NCBI GenBank assembly: GCA_017537515.1
Contig: JAFYKO010000170.1
Span: forward strand, 1,487-65,486
Direction: 5' to 3'
Length of the DNA: 64,000 bases
Source: Clostridia bacterium
GTDB taxonomy: Bacteria; Bacillota; Clostridia; Christensenellales; UBA1242
Position numbers and translations under genes: made by a program. Positions 61,465 to 64,000 of this stretch are shown here, piece by piece (within the stretch, counting starts at the first letter, position 1; each line of letters opens with the position of its first letter). The notes beneath the pieces are model-generated. The model saw nothing but the letters and a program-made list of their open reading frames with translations. It made no database searches and had not been told where the DNA came from.

Positions 61465-61504
61465 GGGCAGGTTGATTGCAACGACCTGCCCGCTTTCATT
61501 TTAT
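61465..61504 (+). terminator. rho-independent terminator closing the endonuclease/ncRNA unit
   Basis: GGGCAGGT (61465-72) pairs with ACCTGCCC (61484-91). GCTTTCATTTT follows. Confidence 0.7.
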
Positions 61505-61525
61505 TAAAAATTTTTACTTTTCCTA

Positions 61526-61601
61526 TTGACAGACGCTAGATAATTAGTTATATTTATGGTGTAAAGAGAACAACCACTCACTACAACCGAGGTATAACTC
61601 T
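61526..61601 (+). promoter_or_regulatory. promoter/leader cassette (hairpin arms degenerate in this copy)
   Basis: TTGACA (61526-31), 17 nt, TATATT (61549-54). Leader: TATGGTGTAAAGAGAACAACCACTCACTACAACCGAGGTATAACTCT, then ATG. Confidence 0.65.
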
Positions 61602-62018
61602 ATGGCAGATACAGCCTTTGTCTTTAAGCAAGCAATCGTCACGTTCTATCGCAAGTCTAACAAGCAGAACACACCCCCCGAAGATATGTGGTGTAAGGTT
61701 TGCGACAATGAAACGTCGCTGTCCACTGTGTTGGAAATGGAAATAGGCGAATACCTTGACAAGATTTCAGCAGCCAAGAGTGAAATTATGAAACTTATTA
61801 CGGGTGGCTTGAACCTGTTTAGCCCCTCTCCCGCAGGCGTATCGGGGATGCACTATCAAAACCAATCCATTACGGTAAGTTGCGGGTATAGCGTGGAATT
61901 GAAGTATTGGCGAACCCTTAACGGGGTCATTATCCGAATTAACCGAACTGACGGGGATGCCGATGTGAACTATTTGACTATCCTTGTAAAGTCCATCTAC
62001 GAAAAAAAGGAAGACTAA
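61602..62018 (+). CDS. hypothetical protein (138 aa)
   Basis: ATG after the cassette's SD. Confidence 0.6.
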   Translation: MADTAFVFKQAIVTFYRKSNKQNTPPEDMWCKVCDNETSLSTVLEMEIGEYLDKISAAKSEIMKLITGGLNLFSPSPAGVSGMHYQNQSITVSCGYSVELKYWRTLNGVIIRINRTDGDADVNYLTILVKSIYEKKED

Positions 62019-62227
62019 TGCCTACTCCCGCTTTCAAAATCACGATTACCCGCATTCCTAACGGGTCCACCGAACCCCGCACCACGGAAGACATTTACCC
62101 CGTGGACGACTTTGACACGACTATCCAGGCTGCTTACCGCAGGGCTATCGCCAGGTGGCACCATATTCATAACGTTATCGCCAATCGTGGCGATACGCTT
62201 GTCAGAGGGACTTTCAGTCGCATTTAA
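62018..62227 (+). CDS. hypothetical protein (69 aa)
   Basis: TAATG overlap with the upstream gene. Confidence 0.5.
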   Translation: MPTPAFKITITRIPNGSTEPRTTEDIYPVDDFDTTIQAAYRRAIARWHHIHNVIANRGDTLVRGTFSRI

Positions 62228-62236
62228 GGAACTCTT

Positions 62237-62686
62237 ATGGCTACTCCCGATAAAGCAACCATCTATAATCTACACGACACCCTTTTCAACCATTACAACG
62301 TCCTGGACGTGTTGGCTACCTATATAGCCCACAAGGAAGACGTTAAAAATATGTTCTGCGACCACTCCATAGATATTATGGATATTCGCCTGGAACCTAA
62401 CCTGGATTGCGTAGTCGTCCATTACACGCTTGTATCGGACGGCAGGGTTCGTTATAGGACTATCTACCCGATGCAGTGGGAATTGTTCCTGGAACTCACG
62501 AAAGACCCCGTAAAGCAGGGGCACAACCCCTGGACCTTGCAGGACTACGGGAACGACTGCCGACCGTTCCGTGGAATGCGTAAAATCAGCGGACCGCCTG
62601 TCCGTGTCGTCACGCCCGACGAAGCATACAGAATCCTGCGTGAGCAGGCTGCTGCGTTTAACGACGAAGATACGGAAAGTAAATAA
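62237..62686 (+). CDS. hypothetical protein (149 aa)
   Basis: Plus-arm ORF with AAGGAAC upstream. Confidence 0.6.
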   Translation: MATPDKATIYNLHDTLFNHYNVLDVLATYIAHKEDVKNMFCDHSIDIMDIRLEPNLDCVVVHYTLVSDGRVRYRTIYPMQWELFLELTKDPVKQGHNPWTLQDYGNDCRPFRGMRKISGPPVRVVTPDEAYRILREQAAAFNDEDTESK

Positions 62687-62704
62687 TTTTATGCCATAAA
62701 TCTG

Positions 62705-62733
62705 TTGCCAAAATGTTGGTAATTTGTTAGATT
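62705..62733 (+). promoter_or_regulatory. sigma-70-type promoter TTGCCA-17-TAGATT upstream of the sigma-like gene
   Basis: The spacer ends AATTTGT, as in the 4972..5006 promoter. The leader carries AAACCGAGGAA. Confidence 0.5.
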
Positions 62734-62782
62734 TATACTACAACCTAGAAACCGAACCTGTTAAACCGAGGAACCCCGACCC

Positions 62783-63745
62783 TTGAAACCGACCGAAGAA
62801 CTGTATTTCCAATATGCAGGGGTAATCACTAGCGTAGTCAACAAATACGCCTACCAATGCCCCGACCTGGCTGACGATTTATTGCTCCAAGCACAGTTGC
62901 TTTTTTGTCAAGCCTGTGTGACCTACGACCCCGACCACCCTAGCAAGGCTTCATTTGAAACCTGGCTGCGTAATAAACTCCAAGACATTTCCGCTCTTGT
63001 GAAAAAGGCTACCAGGGGTCCGTGCCTTATTAAAACGGAAAAGCCGAAGAAGACCGAAACTGCCGTCAAGCGTAAGCGTGTGTGGGCGAGAAAATCCGTG
63101 AAACCGCAGTGTTCCGAAGACAACACAGCGACGAACATTATGCTGTTGCAGGAAATTGCGGATAACGTGAAGCGTGAACCCGACGATGACCCGATTGAAC
63201 TTTCCGACGTGACCTGCGGGTATATCCTGGAAGATTACAGCAAGAAACTTTCCGACGGGACAGCAGACGGGCACGACTACCCCAAGGCTATGTTGCCCTA
63301 TATCCGTGCCCTGCGTGGCGATTCCTTGCAGGTGTTCAAGGATTTCTGTGAGGGTCGCCTTGAACGTGAACCCCGTAAGAACCTGTCGTTCGCAAAGCAG
63401 AAAGCCCGTGGAATACTTTCCCCGTCCTATATCTACAACAAGTTCTACAAGGAAAAGGGTTGGTCCCGCTCCCGTGTAGAAAACGCCTGGAGGGGTCTGC
63501 GTGGAATGTTGAAGAACTACGTGGACGGCAAGATGCCTACAATCATTAACAATCCGTCCTTGCGTAAGAACAAGGTCCACAGGGGCGAAAGCAGTTTTGA
63601 AAAGGCAAGCAGGCTTTTTGAAGAACGTCACAGCCTGTCGTTCAACACCTATCGGGTCCTGTGCAAAAAGGGCATTCTGCATAAAGAGAATGTTGCCGAA
63701 AACGAAGACCTGTCCAAATACCTTTTACACACGTTCGCTTACTAG
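62783..63745 (+). CDS. sigma-70-family (ECF-like region 2) transcription factor, TTG start
   Basis: VVNKYAYQCPDLADDLLLQAQLLFCQACVTYDPDHPSKASFETWLRNKLQD fits the sigma region 2.1-2.4 pattern (DL.Q...L......yD......F..WL). Region 4 is not clearly recognisable. Confidence 0.5.
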   Translation: MKPTEELYFQYAGVITSVVNKYAYQCPDLADDLLLQAQLLFCQACVTYDPDHPSKASFETWLRNKLQDISALVKKATRGPCLIKTEKPKKTETAVKRKRVWARKSVKPQCSEDNTATNIMLLQEIADNVKREPDDDPIELSDVTCGYILEDYSKKLSDGTADGHDYPKAMLPYIRALRGDSLQVFKDFCEGRLEREPRKNLSFAKQKARGILSPSYIYNKFYKEKGWSRSRVENAWRGLRGMLKNYVDGKMPTIINNPSLRKNKVHRGESSFEKASRLFEERHSLSFNTYRVLCKKGILHKENVAENEDLSKYLLHTFAY

Positions 63746-63868
63746 ACTATGGTGTATAAAAGTTTATTAAAATCTACTTGTATTTCTTGAAAGGTTTATG
63801 TATATTTATGGCAGGAAATTACGGTTCCGACAATACAGTTGAGTTTCAAAAATACCCGCAAGGGTGTT

Positions 63869-63908
63869 ATCCTGTCGTTACCGTAATTAGCGACAGGATT
63901 TTTGTTTT
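63869..63908 (+). promoter_or_regulatory. 9-bp hairpin plus U-run in the 5' leader of the second tnpB (IS200/IS605 left-end-like structure / attenuator)
   Basis: ATCCTGTCG (63869-77) pairs with CGACAGGAT (63891-99). TTTTGTTTT follows. It lies between a TGTATATT promoter (63799-806) and the ATG at 63909. Confidence 0.5.
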
Positions 63909-64000
63909 ATGGTAGTTACAAAAGGCATAGAGTTAAGACTAAACCCTACGAAGGCACAAAAAGTGTTCTTTAATAAGTGCATCGGTGCTGAACGTGTAGC
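63909..64000 (+). CDS. tnpB: second TnpB-like protein, N-terminal 30 aa only (runs off window)
   Basis: My translation MVVTKGIELRLNPTKAQKVFFNKCIGAERV matches the canonical TnpB N-terminus (K.y.fRl.Pt.eQ...l.k.fG..Rf.yN). Confidence 0.55.
   Translation, partial: MVVTKGIELRLNPTKAQKVFFNKCIGAERV

Noticed and set aside
60046-61504. Group I intron carrying a homing endonuclease ORF
   Set aside because: This was considered because of the structured flanks around an endonuclease gene. However, there are no interrupted exons. The upstream ORF ends with its own stop, and the downstream gene has its own promoter cassette. The unit has its own promoter and terminator. I could not find P/Q/R/S-like core elements by eye. 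It is kept as an unknown structured-RNA finding instead.
63808-63910. 33-aa ORF starting 1 nt after the TATATT of the second tnpB promoter
   Set aside because: It lies entirely within the structured tnpB leader. The start is too close to the -10 to be on the transcript.
1-64000. CRISPR arrays, rRNA genes, an integrase/repressor lysogeny module, a reverse transcriptase/DGR
   Set aside because: I scanned for regularly spaced direct repeats, rRNA-like conserved blocks, and tyrosine/serine recombinase or RT motifs (YxDD) in all long ORFs. None were seen.

Overview
This window is a segment of a tailed dsDNA phage genome (Caudoviricetes-like). No rRNA, CRISPR array or integrase/lysogeny module was seen. 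Transcription runs in two divergent arms that meet at a back-to-back promoter hub near 13.0-13.1 kb.

The minus arm (13008 -> 1) ends in the N-terminal part of a large terminase, which runs off the left edge. This arm carries a run of modular proteins of unknown function. Many of them begin with, or are internally punctuated by, the same short peptide (L/I)KIx(L/V)HE.

The plus arm (13145 -> 64000) carries:
- an SbcD nuclease plus a split Rad50/SbcC-like ATPase;
- three DNA methyltransferases, one frameshifted at a T7 run;
- an amidase endolysin, a 978-aa protein, an AT-rich fibre-like protein and a glycosyltransferase;
- a full replication/recombination module: primase, two DnaN-like clamps, an SNF2 ATPase interrupted by a mini-intein, a DnaB-like helicase, family-A DNA polymerase with an N-terminal UDG-like domain, a clamp loader, tRNA(CAU), a gp32-like SSB candidate and a RecA-like recombinase;
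- a sigma-70-family protein.

Selfish-element load is high: one intein, two HNH homing endonucleases abutting the primase and polymerase genes, a third AT-rich endonuclease flanked by two related structured non-coding elements, and two TnpB (IS200/IS605-type RNA-guided nuclease) genes, the second cut by the right window edge.

The non-coding signal is unusually regular:
- a repeated hairpin/-35/extended -10/leader cassette;
- a second ~20-nt motif, CGCTA-N4-GACTATATA, often preceded by TTGA;
- several apparently leaderless genes (TATATT-N6-ATG).

The host is unknown. GAGG-type Shine-Dalgarno sites and TTGACA/TATATT promoters argue for a host with a classical sigma-70/SD system. A FISUMP (Fibrobacter succinogenes major paralogous) domain protein is the only taxonomic hint.

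All calls come from reading the translations and the sequence by eye. No database search or statistic was run.
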